From assembly GCA_002503285.1 (NCBI GenBank), contig DARI01000002.1, forward strand, positions 150,424 to 214,423: a DNA stretch of 64,000 bases, read 5' to 3'. Below the pieces are notes generated by a model. It was not told the origin of the DNA. It made no database searches and saw nothing but the letters and a program-made list of their open reading frames with translations. A program made the position numbers and the translations under genes. The first letter of the stretch is position 1. Each line of letters opens with the position of its first letter. Origin of the DNA: Euryarchaeota archaeon UBA557 (GTDB taxonomy: Archaea > Thermoplasmatota > Poseidoniia > Poseidoniales > Thalassarchaeaceae). This document shows, one piece after another, positions 39,045 through 48,745 of the stretch.

Positions 39045-40434
39045 TAGAACCAATGACATATCCAATAATGTAAAAGGATGGAATGGAAGATAATATTGCA
39101 GATAATAATAATTCATCATCGATATATTCAGATATTATCCTGACTTCTCCAAATTTTGTATTATTTGAGCAATCAACGCAATCCTCAATTGGCAATCTAA
39201 TCAATATGAGATAAACATCAAATAAATCATTAGCAGGTACTTCTGTATTAATTGTTTTATTGGCATTTAATACCATCAAATCTCCATATTCTACAAATTT
39301 ATCCCATTCAAAGGAGCCCTTGTCGGCATAATTTTCAACTTCACTTAATTTAATTAAAAGTATTTCTAGATTATTTTCTCCAACATTAATAATTTCTACG
39401 GCGACGGGATATGATAAACTATGGACTTCAATAGTTTCAAGATTGATATCACCGTATCCTACCCTAAAATTAGGATTATCGTCATTAGTTCCGGGTCCAT
39501 CGATTATGCCGAAAATTATCGAATTTAGGCATAATATAATTGTAATGACAGCGGTAGTTAATTGACGTTTGTTTGGAATTAAGACATGGACGCCATCACT
39601 GATTACTGATCTTAATAATGGCTGGAAAATATGTACAAAATATGATGTGAAAAATGCGATTAGTATACCTGGTAAGATATCTATTACCCAATGTATCCCC
39701 AAATATTGTATTGAAAATAAATATATTCCTACATTTATTATCACAAAAATATCAAATTCTCTATGACGCCAATTTTTAATTTCAATTTTTCTTTCTTTAC
39801 AATGCAGCCTATTGATGATCAATAAACTGATAGGTAACCCAATATGTAGACTAGGTATTGCATTGTCCATTGGATCATTAGAAGTAAAGAATGAAAGAGT
39901 GAATGAATCATGATACAGCAACGCATCCATTCCTTCTAGGTAACTAGAAGTAACTTCAACATTAAAGAAAAGATACAAAGGGACGCTTAATAAATAAATA
40001 ACAAAATAATTTAATGCTGCTTTATCTGCCATTTCATGATCACGACTTAAAATATAATATATTGGTGAAAACCATATCATAAATAAATACATAAATAAAT
40101 AATGTACTGATAATAAATTAGTTAAAATATCGTTAAGGAAGAAATCTTGTACATTACTAGTCCAATCACCTTCAATAGAATATATCCAATGAGTAAATCC
40201 TCCGACTCTGGACTTAATTGGCTCATTATGGTGATCTATGAATACCTTGAATGCAAACATTATTGCATACAGGCTAATATGCCACCAATACCTATGTTTC
40301 TTTATTTCGGATAAAATTTCATTTAATTTTACTCTTTTTTCAGGTTCATCTCTTGTTAAGAAAAAATGTATCGGAAGAGTTAGGATTATCAGACTAATCA
40401 TAGAAAGCTCATAAGGCCCAAATAACCAATCCAT
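39019..40434 (-). CDS. PAP2-superfamily Aur1/Ipt1-like membrane phosphotransferase with extra extracellular domain
   Basis: NAIPSLH and YLGIHWVID catalytic motifs in a multi-TM core; ~130-aa soluble domain before the last TM. Confidence 0.8.
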   Translation of the reverse strand: MDWLFGPYELSMISLIILTLPIHFFLTRDEPEKRVKLNEILSEIKKHRYWWHISLYAIMFAFKVFIDHHNEPIKSRVGGFTHWIYSIEGDWTSNVQDFFLNDILTNLLSVHYLFMYLFMIWFSPIYYILSRDHEMADKAALNYFVIYLLSVPLYLFFNVEVTSSYLEGMDALLYHDSFTLSFFTSNDPMDNAIPSLHIGLPISLLIINRLHCKERKIEIKNWRHREFDIFVIINVGIYLFSIQYLGIHWVIDILPGILIAFFTSYFVHIFQPLLRSVISDGVHVLIPNKRQLTTAVITIILCLNSIIFGIIDGPGTNDDNPNFRVGYGDINLETIEVHSLSYPVAVEIINVGENNLEILLIKLSEVENYADKGSFEWDKFVEYGDLMVLNANKTINTEVPANDLFDVYLILIRLPIEDCVDCSNNTKFGEVRIISEYIDDELLLSAILSSIPSFYIIGYVIGSINQNRHKN

Positions 40435-40636
40435 GCTTTACTCCACTGTGACAATGGTCATGAATAATGCGGAAGATAAATGACACTAATGTGCATAATA
40501 CCTAGTTTAAATTCTGATACCAGAATAATTTTTTTCTCGTTTTTTCGAATTTGGAATAATTTTTCAAGAAATACTATAATAAAATAAAAAAATTTGAAAT
40601 ATAATTAATATTTAGAGTTAAAAGAGGAGGTATGGG

Positions 40637-41386
40637 ATGAACAATATGGCAGTTAAATTACTTATAAAATCAGCAATTAGGCTAAAAGAGGATGTAGAAA
40701 AATTTGCAGATAAAATGATCCTTGAACGTTCAGTAGAGGCCATATATAATCCATTATCTTACGCTTGGAATCCACATAAAGCATTCATAGAATTAGGAGG
40801 AGGCGGAGGTGCTAAAACACTTCTTCTTGGCATGAATCCTGGGCCGCACGGAATGGGACAGATGGGAATTCCATTTGCTGCCACCAGCATAGTAAGAGAC
40901 TTACTAGAGATTAAAGATTTAGAAGTATATCAGCCCAAAAATATACATCCAAAAAGGTTGATTGGAGGATTGAATTGGCATAAAGAAGAAATTTCAGGAA
41001 CTAGGTTATGGAATTTATTATCAAATTTTTATGGAAATAAGGATGAAATTTTTGCTAACGTTTATGTCTTAAATCATTGCCCTCTTATGTTTTTTAATGG
41101 GCCCAACGCTACAAATATCACCCCGGATAAAATTTCAGGAAGTACTGTAAAAAAACTCATTGAAAGATGTGATCAACACCTAAGAGAAGTCATTGAAATA
41201 ATGGATATTGAAGAAGTTGTTGGCATTGGTAAGTATTCTGAAAGAAGGGCCAAAATTGCTTTAGAAGGATTAGGCATCAATATCAAAAGTTGTTGGCATC
41301 CATCTCCTGCTTCTCCACTTGCCAATAAAAATAAAGGAGTTGATTGGCGAAAAAATATTATTTCCGTTTTGCCATCTCCAAAGTAA
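40637..41386 (+). CDS. SMUG1-family (family 3) uracil-DNA glycosylase
   Basis: YNPL.YA, LGMNPGPHGMGQMGIPF, EISG.RLW, NHCPL, NITP, HPSPASP; SD AGGAGGT. Confidence 0.92.
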   Translation: MNNMAVKLLIKSAIRLKEDVEKFADKMILERSVEAIYNPLSYAWNPHKAFIELGGGGGAKTLLLGMNPGPHGMGQMGIPFAATSIVRDLLEIKDLEVYQPKNIHPKRLIGGLNWHKEEISGTRLWNLLSNFYGNKDEIFANVYVLNHCPLMFFNGPNATNITPDKISGSTVKKLIERCDQHLREVIEIMDIEEVVGIGKYSERRAKIALEGLGINIKSCWHPSPASPLANKNKGVDWRKNIISVLPSPK

Positions 41387-41468
41387 CCTAATAATCAAGT
41401 GTAATTAAGTATATCAGATATATTTAGGTACACCAATATTTATGTTCATATGAGTTTACGATAGCATC

Positions 41469-43250
41469 ATGTCGGCAATGACTACACCAGAATATTTGAT
41501 TTCAAATGCGAATAATCATGCAAAAGAAAAGGCGATATCTACTAAGAATAAAAATGGAGAATGGGTTCATGTCAATTGGGCAGAATTTCATGATCAAACT
41601 GCATCTGTAGCTAAATCCCTAATTGCACTAGGTTTTGAAGAAGGAGATAAATTAAGTATTTATTCATATAATAGGATTGAATGGTATAATTCATATCATG
41701 CTGCAAATATGTGTAATGGAGCAGCAGTTGGCGTCTATCATACTTGTTCTCCCGATGAAGTTGAATGGGTCGTTGGCAATTCAGATTCCAAGATAATTTT
41801 CGTTGGAGATAATCCAATGGATGGAGGTAACACAGAGAAAATGTGTTCACATAGATTGCACAAGATATTAGATTCCTTGGATAAATTAGAAACAGCCGTA
41901 GTAATGGATGGAGTAGAAATGCCAGAACACTCAAAATGCATGTCATGGACAAATTTTCTAAAAATGGGTGAGAATATTGATTATTCAGAAATAAAAAAAA
42001 GAGTGAATAATATTAAACCTGAAGACACTTTTTCATTAATATATACATCTGGCACCACAGGCAATCCAAAGGGAGTCGAATTGAGTCATGATAATATTGA
42101 TTTTGAACTTGCAGAAGTTTGGAAATTACAAAATTTTGAAAGAGGATGGGGTTATGTTTCATGGTTGCCCTGTGCGCATGTTTTTGGTCAATTAGTTGAT
42201 TGTCATGCACACATAAGATGGGGACTTCACATGACAGTCGTAGATGCTCCTTTGAATGTGATTGATTATGCAAAAGAAGTACAGCCACATTTATTCATAG
42301 GAGTGCCAAGAATATATGAAAAAGTTTATGGAAATCTAGTTGCAAAACTTGGAACAAAATTGAAGTTATTGAAAATACCAATAATTGGAGGCATCATAAA
42401 GAAGAAAGCAAAGGAAGCTATTGGGATGTCAAATTGCGTATATTCAATAACAGGTGCTGCACCAATCAATCCAGATATTCTCAAACTATTCCACATGCTT
42501 GACATACCTCTATATGAAGGATATGGGATGACTGAGACTACAGCAGGTGCAACTTTAGGTTTTAAGAATAATCATAAATTTGGAACTGTAGGTAAACCAT
42601 TTAGTGGAACTGAATTAATGATTTCGGACTCTGGAGAAATTCTTTTCAGAGGTAGGCATGTAATGAAAGGGTATTATAAAAATCCTGAGGCCACTGCTGC
42701 GACCATTGATTCAAATGGATGGTTGCATTCAGGAGATAAGGGAGAAATAGATAGTGATGGATACGTCAAAATTACAGGCCGGATTAAAGAATTGTACGTA
42801 AGTTCCGGAGGGAAAAATATAGCCCCACTAGTTATTGAAGAGACTATGAAATCAATACCATTGGTTTCACAATGCATGCTCATTGGAGATGGAAGAAAGT
42901 ATTGTAGTGCTTTATTTACATTGGATGTTGGTGCAATATTAAGGGATAAGCACGGCATGGATCCTGCAAAAATACCTAAAAATCCTATTGACCAAATATC
43001 ATCATTAGAAAGCTTTGGGAAATCACTCTCGGAATACACAAATAGTAAAGAAATTCATGATGAATTAATGGAACTTGTTACTGAATTGAATGGCCAATTT
43101 AGTAATCCTGAACAAATAAAGAAATTTAAAATTCTACCAAGAGATTTGAATGTAGATTCAGGTGAATTAACACCAACTCTTAAGATCAGAAGAATTCAAA
43201 TTAGAGAAAATTGGGCATCGGAAATTGAAGAAATGTATCTTGATGCTTGA
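41469..43250 (+). CDS. fadD: Long-chain fatty acid--CoA ligase
   Basis: IYTSGTTGNPKG, YEGYGMTET, GWLHSGD, GRIKE..GGKNIAP, ELTPTLK. Confidence 0.93.
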   Translation: MSAMTTPEYLISNANNHAKEKAISTKNKNGEWVHVNWAEFHDQTASVAKSLIALGFEEGDKLSIYSYNRIEWYNSYHAANMCNGAAVGVYHTCSPDEVEWVVGNSDSKIIFVGDNPMDGGNTEKMCSHRLHKILDSLDKLETAVVMDGVEMPEHSKCMSWTNFLKMGENIDYSEIKKRVNNIKPEDTFSLIYTSGTTGNPKGVELSHDNIDFELAEVWKLQNFERGWGYVSWLPCAHVFGQLVDCHAHIRWGLHMTVVDAPLNVIDYAKEVQPHLFIGVPRIYEKVYGNLVAKLGTKLKLLKIPIIGGIIKKKAKEAIGMSNCVYSITGAAPINPDILKLFHMLDIPLYEGYGMTETTAGATLGFKNNHKFGTVGKPFSGTELMISDSGEILFRGRHVMKGYYKNPEATAATIDSNGWLHSGDKGEIDSDGYVKITGRIKELYVSSGGKNIAPLVIEETMKSIPLVSQCMLIGDGRKYCSALFTLDVGAILRDKHGMDPAKIPKNPIDQISSLESFGKSLSEYTNSKEIHDELMELVTELNGQFSNPEQIKKFKILPRDLNVDSGELTPTLKIRRIQIRENWASEIEEMYLDA

Positions 43251-43259
43251 GGAAATACT

Positions 43260-43883
43260 GTGTCTCCAGAGCAGTGGATTGGTTTGGCGCTAGTTTTTAG
43301 CCTAGGTGCGATGAGTCCTGGACCATCTTTAGCAGTAGTAATTCGAAATACATTGGCAGGAGGTAGGCAACAGGGAATCTCTACTGGAATAGGGCATGGA
43401 CTAGGATTTGGAGTATATGCGTTCTTGGCAGCGGCAGGAATTGCGACTTTATTATCACTGCATGATTCGACTGAATTGATACTCAAAATTGGAGGAGTGA
43501 CGATATTATTATGGCTCGGCATAATTTTTGTAAATAATGCAAGGAAAGGTCCTTCTGAAAATGAAGAAGAAAGTAAACATGAAACACAAAATCGTCAAGG
43601 TTTTACACAAGGATTTTTAATTGCATTATTGAATCCTAAAATCTTGGCTTGGATGTTGGCACTTTACACTCCATTTATTGAAACGGATACTGAAATATGG
43701 ACTCTTTTGGGAATGGGTTTGCTTGGCATGGGCATTGATGGTACTTGGTATGTAACTGTTGCAACTGTACTAACTACGGGAAATAGAGTTGATAAATTAA
43801 GGTCGATTTCACACATTATTGATGGTGCCATGGGCCTCCTTATGTTTATTTTTGCCGGTCTTTTGATAACTGGCATATTATGA
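43260..43883 (+). CDS. LysE/RhtB family exporter
   Basis: SPGPS, GF...LLNPK; six hydrophobic segments. Confidence 0.9.
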   Translation: MSPEQWIGLALVFSLGAMSPGPSLAVVIRNTLAGGRQQGISTGIGHGLGFGVYAFLAAAGIATLLSLHDSTELILKIGGVTILLWLGIIFVNNARKGPSENEEESKHETQNRQGFTQGFLIALLNPKILAWMLALYTPFIETDTEIWTLLGMGLLGMGIDGTWYVTVATVLTTGNRVDKLRSISHIIDGAMGLLMFIFAGLLITGIL

Positions 43884-43992
43884 AATATTAACACTGTATT
43901 GCCCATATTGGAACTAAAATATCTAATAATTTTTAACTCTATTAAGAAAAACTATACGACTAATTTTTGATGACCAATGCTCTCGGGTACAT

Positions 43993-46900
43993 ATGGGCAA
44001 GAGTATCGGAGAAGAAATTCCCTTACGAATCATCACTGCTGCTGCAATATTTGATGGGCATGATGCTGCAATTGGAATATTTAGGCGGATATTTCAATCA
44101 ATGGGTTGCGAAGTGATCCATTTGGGTCACGATAGAGGGGCCGATGAAGTGGCCAAAGCAGCAATTCAAGAAGATGCACATTGTGTTGCAATAACATCTT
44201 ATCAAGGAGGAGCAGTAGAGATGTTTACTCATACAAAAAATATTCTAAACAAGTCTGGCTTTGGCCATGTATGTCTTGTTGGAGGAGGAGGAGGCACAAT
44301 TCTTCCGAGTGAAATTCAACATTTATTGGAGTCAGATATTGCTAAGATATACTCACCAGAAGATGGGAGAAAACTTGGATTGACGGGCATGGTCTCAGAT
44401 GCAATACTTAGGGCTTCTAAGAATAATCTATTGGATCCCAAAAGATTTCAAAAACTCAATGGCCCAATAACTGCAGACAATCAAGGAGCAGTTGCAAAAT
44501 TACTCACACTAGCAGAAAATGCAGATGAGAAAACATTTAATGAAACTCTAAATATTATTCGTTCAAATGATGATTTAAATTGCCCGGTAGTAGGACTAAC
44601 CGGTACAGGAGGTGCTGGTAAATCTAGCCTTACTGATGAACTAATGTTGAGAATACAAAGAGATAATCCTGGCACTAAAATTGCCTTACTTGCAACTGAT
44701 CCTACACGAAAAAGAACAGGCGGTGCATTATTAGGTGACAGGATTAGAATGAATTCCCTTTCGGATGATAATCTCTTCATGCGTTCGTTTGCAAGTAGAG
44801 ATAGTGGCAGAGAGATTGCAGATTGCATAGGGCGATCGATAGAAGTTTGTAAAGCCGTAGGTTTTGACATAATAATTGTTGAAACAAGTGGAATAGGACA
44901 AGGAAATGATGCAATAACCGAAGTAGCTGATATTTCATTGTATATTACTACTAGAGAATATGGAGCTCCCAGTCAATTGGAAAAATTACAAATGTTAGAC
45001 TCTGCGGATATTGTAGTATTAAATAAATTTGACAGACCGGGGGCAGAAGATGCTTTAATCGAAATTCGTAAGCAATTTAAGCGAAATAAAGAAATGTGGG
45101 ATGTAAATGATTCTGAATTGCCAATAGTTCCCACTGTTGCAAGTCAATTTGCAGATGCAGGAGTCGATCAGTTATGGCAAAAACTTTCTTTGCTTCTTAA
45201 TCAGAACCATGGAAAGAAATTTGTTTCGACTGAACCAATAATGGGAAATGATGGTTTGCCAAGTAGAATTTCGCCAATACCCTCAGAAAGGCAAGGATAT
45301 TTGGCAGAAGTATCGAGTTACATTAGAAATTATCATTTAAAAACTAAAAAAATAGCCTCAAAAATACGTGAATGTCAACAATTAGAAGCCGCTGCTAAAC
45401 TAATGAAATCAAAGGATAATGAAAATGTTGCTAAAATGCTTAATGAGGAAGCTTCGATCATCAGATTGGAAATTCCGGAAACCACTTGGAATGAAATAGA
45501 TGAATTTAATATCAAAGTAGAACAATATCGATCCGGAGCAACTAATTACACAGTTCGGAATAAAGATATTGCCGTTAAAACTACTCGAACCACTCTTTCT
45601 GGATTAGATTTACCTAGAGTGGCACTACCTGATTTTAGCGATTGGGGAGATACTTTAGAGTGGATTAGAAAGGAAAATATCCCAGGTTCATTTCCATATA
45701 CTGGAGGTGTTTTTCCATTTAAGAGGCAAGATGAATTACCTGTAAGAATGTTTGCAGGAGAAGGTAGTGCAGAAAGAACGAATAAACGATATCATTTTCT
45801 TTCAAAAGATCAAGATTTTAATAGGCTTTCCGTAGCATTTGATTCACCAAGTTTGTATGGTAACGATCCCAAGGAAAGATTAGATATCTTTGGAAAAGTT
45901 TGTGAAAGTGGAGTTTCAATAAGCACAATTGATGAAATGGAAAAGTTGTTCGAAGGATTTGATTTATGTGCAGCAAATACCTCAGTATCTAAAACGATAA
46001 ATGGAAATTATTGGTGGCACTTGGCTGCATTCTTTAATGTGGCAATTAGGCAGCAGGTGAAAAAATTCGAAGATATAAATTCTCGAAAGCCGTCTGAAGA
46101 TGAATATGGCAATATAAAATCTAGAACTCTTAAAACAGTAAGGGGGACTGTGCAAGCAGATCAACTAAAAGAATCAATGGGTCAAAATACACTTGTATTT
46201 AACCTAGATACGGCATTAAGGATGATGGGCGATGTTGCAGAGTTTTATGTAAATAATGATATACGCAATCATTATTTTGTTTCAATTTCTGGGTATCATA
46301 TTGCTGAAGCTGGGGCCAATCCTATCTCCCAGGCTGCGTTAACACTGTCAAATGGATTAACATACGTAGAGTTGTTTCGATCCAGGGGCCTTGACGCAAA
46401 TAAATTTTTAAGGAATTTTAGTTGGTTCTTCTCCAATGGCATGGACCCAGAATATGCAGTGATAGGCAGGGTTTGTAGGAGAATTTGGTCTATTGCTATG
46501 CGTGATTTGTATGAAGTTGATGAAAGGGGCCAGAAATTAAAATATCATATACAGAGTAGCGGCAGATCTTTACACGCGCAAGAATATACTTGGAATGACT
46601 ATAGAACTACATTACAGGCGCTTTATGCACTTGCAGATAATGCCAATTCATTACATACTAACTCTCGTGATGAGGCTTTTGGTACTCCGACAGAAGACAC
46701 TGTAAGGGATGCGGTTGCAATTCAGTTAATTCTTTCAAAAGAATATGGATGGTTACAAAATGAAAATCCATTACAAGGCTCATATATAGCTGGATGGTTA
46801 ACAGATTCTGTAGAAAATGAAATTCTGAAAATATTTGAAGAAATGCATAGACGAGGCGGAGTACTAGGTTCGCTTGAAGTCAATTATCAACGTAATCGAA

Positions 46901-47250
46901 TACAAGATGAATCAATGATTTATGAGCATAAGAAGCATTCTGGAGAATTGCCGATTATTGGAGTTAATATGTTTGAAGAAGACGCAAATTCATCGTTATC
47001 TGTAGAAGGTTTCAATATTGAAGTTACAAGATCAGATAAAACAGAGAGGATGATGGTCATCGATAGAAATACGGCCTTCAAAGAAACACATAGGAAAAAA
47101 TCAGATGAGGGTTTGGCAAAACTGAAGAAGGTTGCAAGAGAAGGTGGGAATTTATTCGAAGTTATGATGGAAATTGTTGAATATTGTACAGTTGGACAAG
47201 TAACACAGGCTTTATTTGAGACTGGTGGTAAATTTAGAAGAAACATGTAG
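43993..47250 (+). CDS. icmF: Fused isobutyryl-CoA mutase / MeaB-like GTPase (B12-dependent)
   Basis: B12-binding DGHD..HLG, GTGGAGKSS, ETSGIGQ, NKFD, RMFAGEG, QKLKYHIQSSGRSLHAQE; 1085 aa. Confidence 0.95.
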   Translation: MGKSIGEEIPLRIITAAAIFDGHDAAIGIFRRIFQSMGCEVIHLGHDRGADEVAKAAIQEDAHCVAITSYQGGAVEMFTHTKNILNKSGFGHVCLVGGGGGTILPSEIQHLLESDIAKIYSPEDGRKLGLTGMVSDAILRASKNNLLDPKRFQKLNGPITADNQGAVAKLLTLAENADEKTFNETLNIIRSNDDLNCPVVGLTGTGGAGKSSLTDELMLRIQRDNPGTKIALLATDPTRKRTGGALLGDRIRMNSLSDDNLFMRSFASRDSGREIADCIGRSIEVCKAVGFDIIIVETSGIGQGNDAITEVADISLYITTREYGAPSQLEKLQMLDSADIVVLNKFDRPGAEDALIEIRKQFKRNKEMWDVNDSELPIVPTVASQFADAGVDQLWQKLSLLLNQNHGKKFVSTEPIMGNDGLPSRISPIPSERQGYLAEVSSYIRNYHLKTKKIASKIRECQQLEAAAKLMKSKDNENVAKMLNEEASIIRLEIPETTWNEIDEFNIKVEQYRSGATNYTVRNKDIAVKTTRTTLSGLDLPRVALPDFSDWGDTLEWIRKENIPGSFPYTGGVFPFKRQDELPVRMFAGEGSAERTNKRYHFLSKDQDFNRLSVAFDSPSLYGNDPKERLDIFGKVCESGVSISTIDEMEKLFEGFDLCAANTSVSKTINGNYWWHLAAFFNVAIRQQVKKFEDINSRKPSEDEYGNIKSRTLKTVRGTVQADQLKESMGQNTLVFNLDTALRMMGDVAEFYVNNDIRNHYFVSISGYHIAEAGANPISQAALTLSNGLTYVELFRSRGLDANKFLRNFSWFFSNGMDPEYAVIGRVCRRIWSIAMRDLYEVDERGQKLKYHIQSSGRSLHAQEYTWNDYRTTLQALYALADNANSLHTNSRDEAFGTPTEDTVRDAVAIQLILSKEYGWLQNENPLQGSYIAGWLTDSVENEILKIFEEMHRRGGVLGSLEVNYQRNRIQDESMIYEHKKHSGELPIIGVNMFEEDANSSLSVEGFNIEVTRSDKTERMMVIDRNTAFKETHRKKSDEGLAKLKKVAREGGNLFEVMMEIVEYCTVGQVTQALFETGGKFRRNM

Positions 47251-47307
47251 ATATAATCAAAAAATAGGGTAACATGAAATACTATACGCTAGCGCTTACA
47301 GAATAAT

Positions 47308-47496
47308 ATGGCACAAGGTACAGTAAAGTGGTTTAATCGAACAAAGGGATTCGGATTCATCGAAAGAGAAGACGGAGATGACTTATTCGTACATAAGTCA
47401 CAAGTCGAAGGAGAGATCACTGATGGTGATTCTGTCGAATTCGAGGTTGGAGAAGGTCCAAAGGGTCCTAATGCAATCAATGTAAAAAAGAACTGA
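47308..47496 (+). CDS. cspA: Cold-shock domain protein
   Basis: GTVKWFN, KGFGFI (RNP1), LFVH (RNP2), GPKGPNA. Confidence 0.96.
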   Translation: MAQGTVKWFNRTKGFGFIEREDGDDLFVHKSQVEGEITDGDSVEFEVGEGPKGPNAINVKKN

Positions 47497-47535
47497 ATAC
47501 TTAAACAAAATATTGTTTAATAAAAATTTCTCCTG

Positions 47536-47552
47536 CATCTCTAAAAGAGATG
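47536..47552. promoter_or_regulatory. Perfect 7-bp inverted repeat CATCTCT-AAA-AGAGATG between cspA and the acyl-CoA dehydrogenase
   Basis: Read directly; lies 17-33 nt upstream of the ATG at 47569. Could be an operator or a cspA terminator hairpin. Confidence 0.35.
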
Positions 47553-47568
47553 ACTCTTAGCATAAAAC

Positions 47569-48705
47569 ATGGTAAGCTTTAGATTATCCGAAGAACAAAA
47601 AATGTTACAGGATCTTGCTAGAGATTTTGTTAATGAAGAAGTAATTCCTAATGCTCAGAAATGGGATATGAATGGAATCTATCCTAAAGAAACCATAAAG
47701 AAGGCTAATGATTATGGATTATTGACTGTAAAGATTCCTGAAAGATATGGCGGCGGAGGGATGGGCTCTATTGAAGACGTAATAATCGCGGAAGAAATAG
47801 GAAGAGGAGATCCCGGTTTTGCTACTGCTGCCGGAAGTAGCATACTTGCATCGTACCCAATAATTACTGGCGGAACTGAAGAACAAAAGGAAAAATATCT
47901 TTCAAAAACTGCTGATGGCATCATTGCGTCATATTGCGTTACAGAACCAGATGCTGGAAGTGACGTAAGGGCAATCAAAACTGAAGCAATAAAAGAGGGA
48001 GATGAATATATTATCAATGGCAGTAAGATGTGGATAACTGGGGCCATGCATGCAGAGTGGTTCTTTGTATTGGCATATACAGAAAAAGAGTCTGGATATC
48101 ATGGCATGAGTGGATTCATCATTGATGCAGATAGCAAGGGAATTGAGCTTGGAAAAAAAGAGTCGAACATGGGTCAGAGGTGTTCAGACACGCGTTCTGT
48201 AACATTCAATAATGTCAGAGTTCCTGTAGAAAATCTAATTGGTGGAAAAGAAAATGAAGGTTGGATGAACGCAATGTTAGCGTTCGATCATTCTAGGCCC
48301 GCTATCTCGGCGCATGCAGTAGGTAATGCCAGAGGTGCGATGGAGGAGTCTTTGGCATATTCAAAGGAAAGAAAAACAATGGGTAAACCAATTTTTAAGC
48401 ATCAAGCTATTTCATTTATGATAGCAGATATGGCAACTAAAATAGAAGCTGCTAGACTATTGTGTTGGAAGGCAGCCATGACATTAGACGAAGGGAATAG
48501 AAATACGCTTGAAGCGGCGCATGCTAAAAGATTTGCAGGAGATATTTGCATGGAAGTGACAACAGATGCAGTCCAAGTATTTGGAGGATATGGATACTCA
48601 GAAGAGTACCCAGTGGCCAGGAGAATGCGAGGTGCAAAAGTTTACCAAATATTCGAGGGTTCTAGTCAAATACAGCGATTGATAATAAGTAGAGAATTAG
48701 AATAA
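47569..48705 (+). CDS. Acyl-CoA dehydrogenase (medium/short-chain type)
   Basis: YCVTEPDAGSDV, NGSKMWIT, MGQRCSDT, QVFGGYGY, QIFEGSSQIQR. Confidence 0.95.
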   Translation: MVSFRLSEEQKMLQDLARDFVNEEVIPNAQKWDMNGIYPKETIKKANDYGLLTVKIPERYGGGGMGSIEDVIIAEEIGRGDPGFATAAGSSILASYPIITGGTEEQKEKYLSKTADGIIASYCVTEPDAGSDVRAIKTEAIKEGDEYIINGSKMWITGAMHAEWFFVLAYTEKESGYHGMSGFIIDADSKGIELGKKESNMGQRCSDTRSVTFNNVRVPVENLIGGKENEGWMNAMLAFDHSRPAISAHAVGNARGAMEESLAYSKERKTMGKPIFKHQAISFMIADMATKIEAARLLCWKAAMTLDEGNRNTLEAAHAKRFAGDICMEVTTDAVQVFGGYGYSEEYPVARRMRGAKVYQIFEGSSQIQRLIISRELE

Positions 48706-48745
48706 TATTTTAAATCTCAGTTTATAATCATATTAAGTCCAATAA

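Noticed and set aside
40440..40636. AT-rich gap as a replication origin or ncRNA
   Set aside because: No ORB-like G-string repeats, no adjacent cdc6/orc1, and no GC-rich structured segment.
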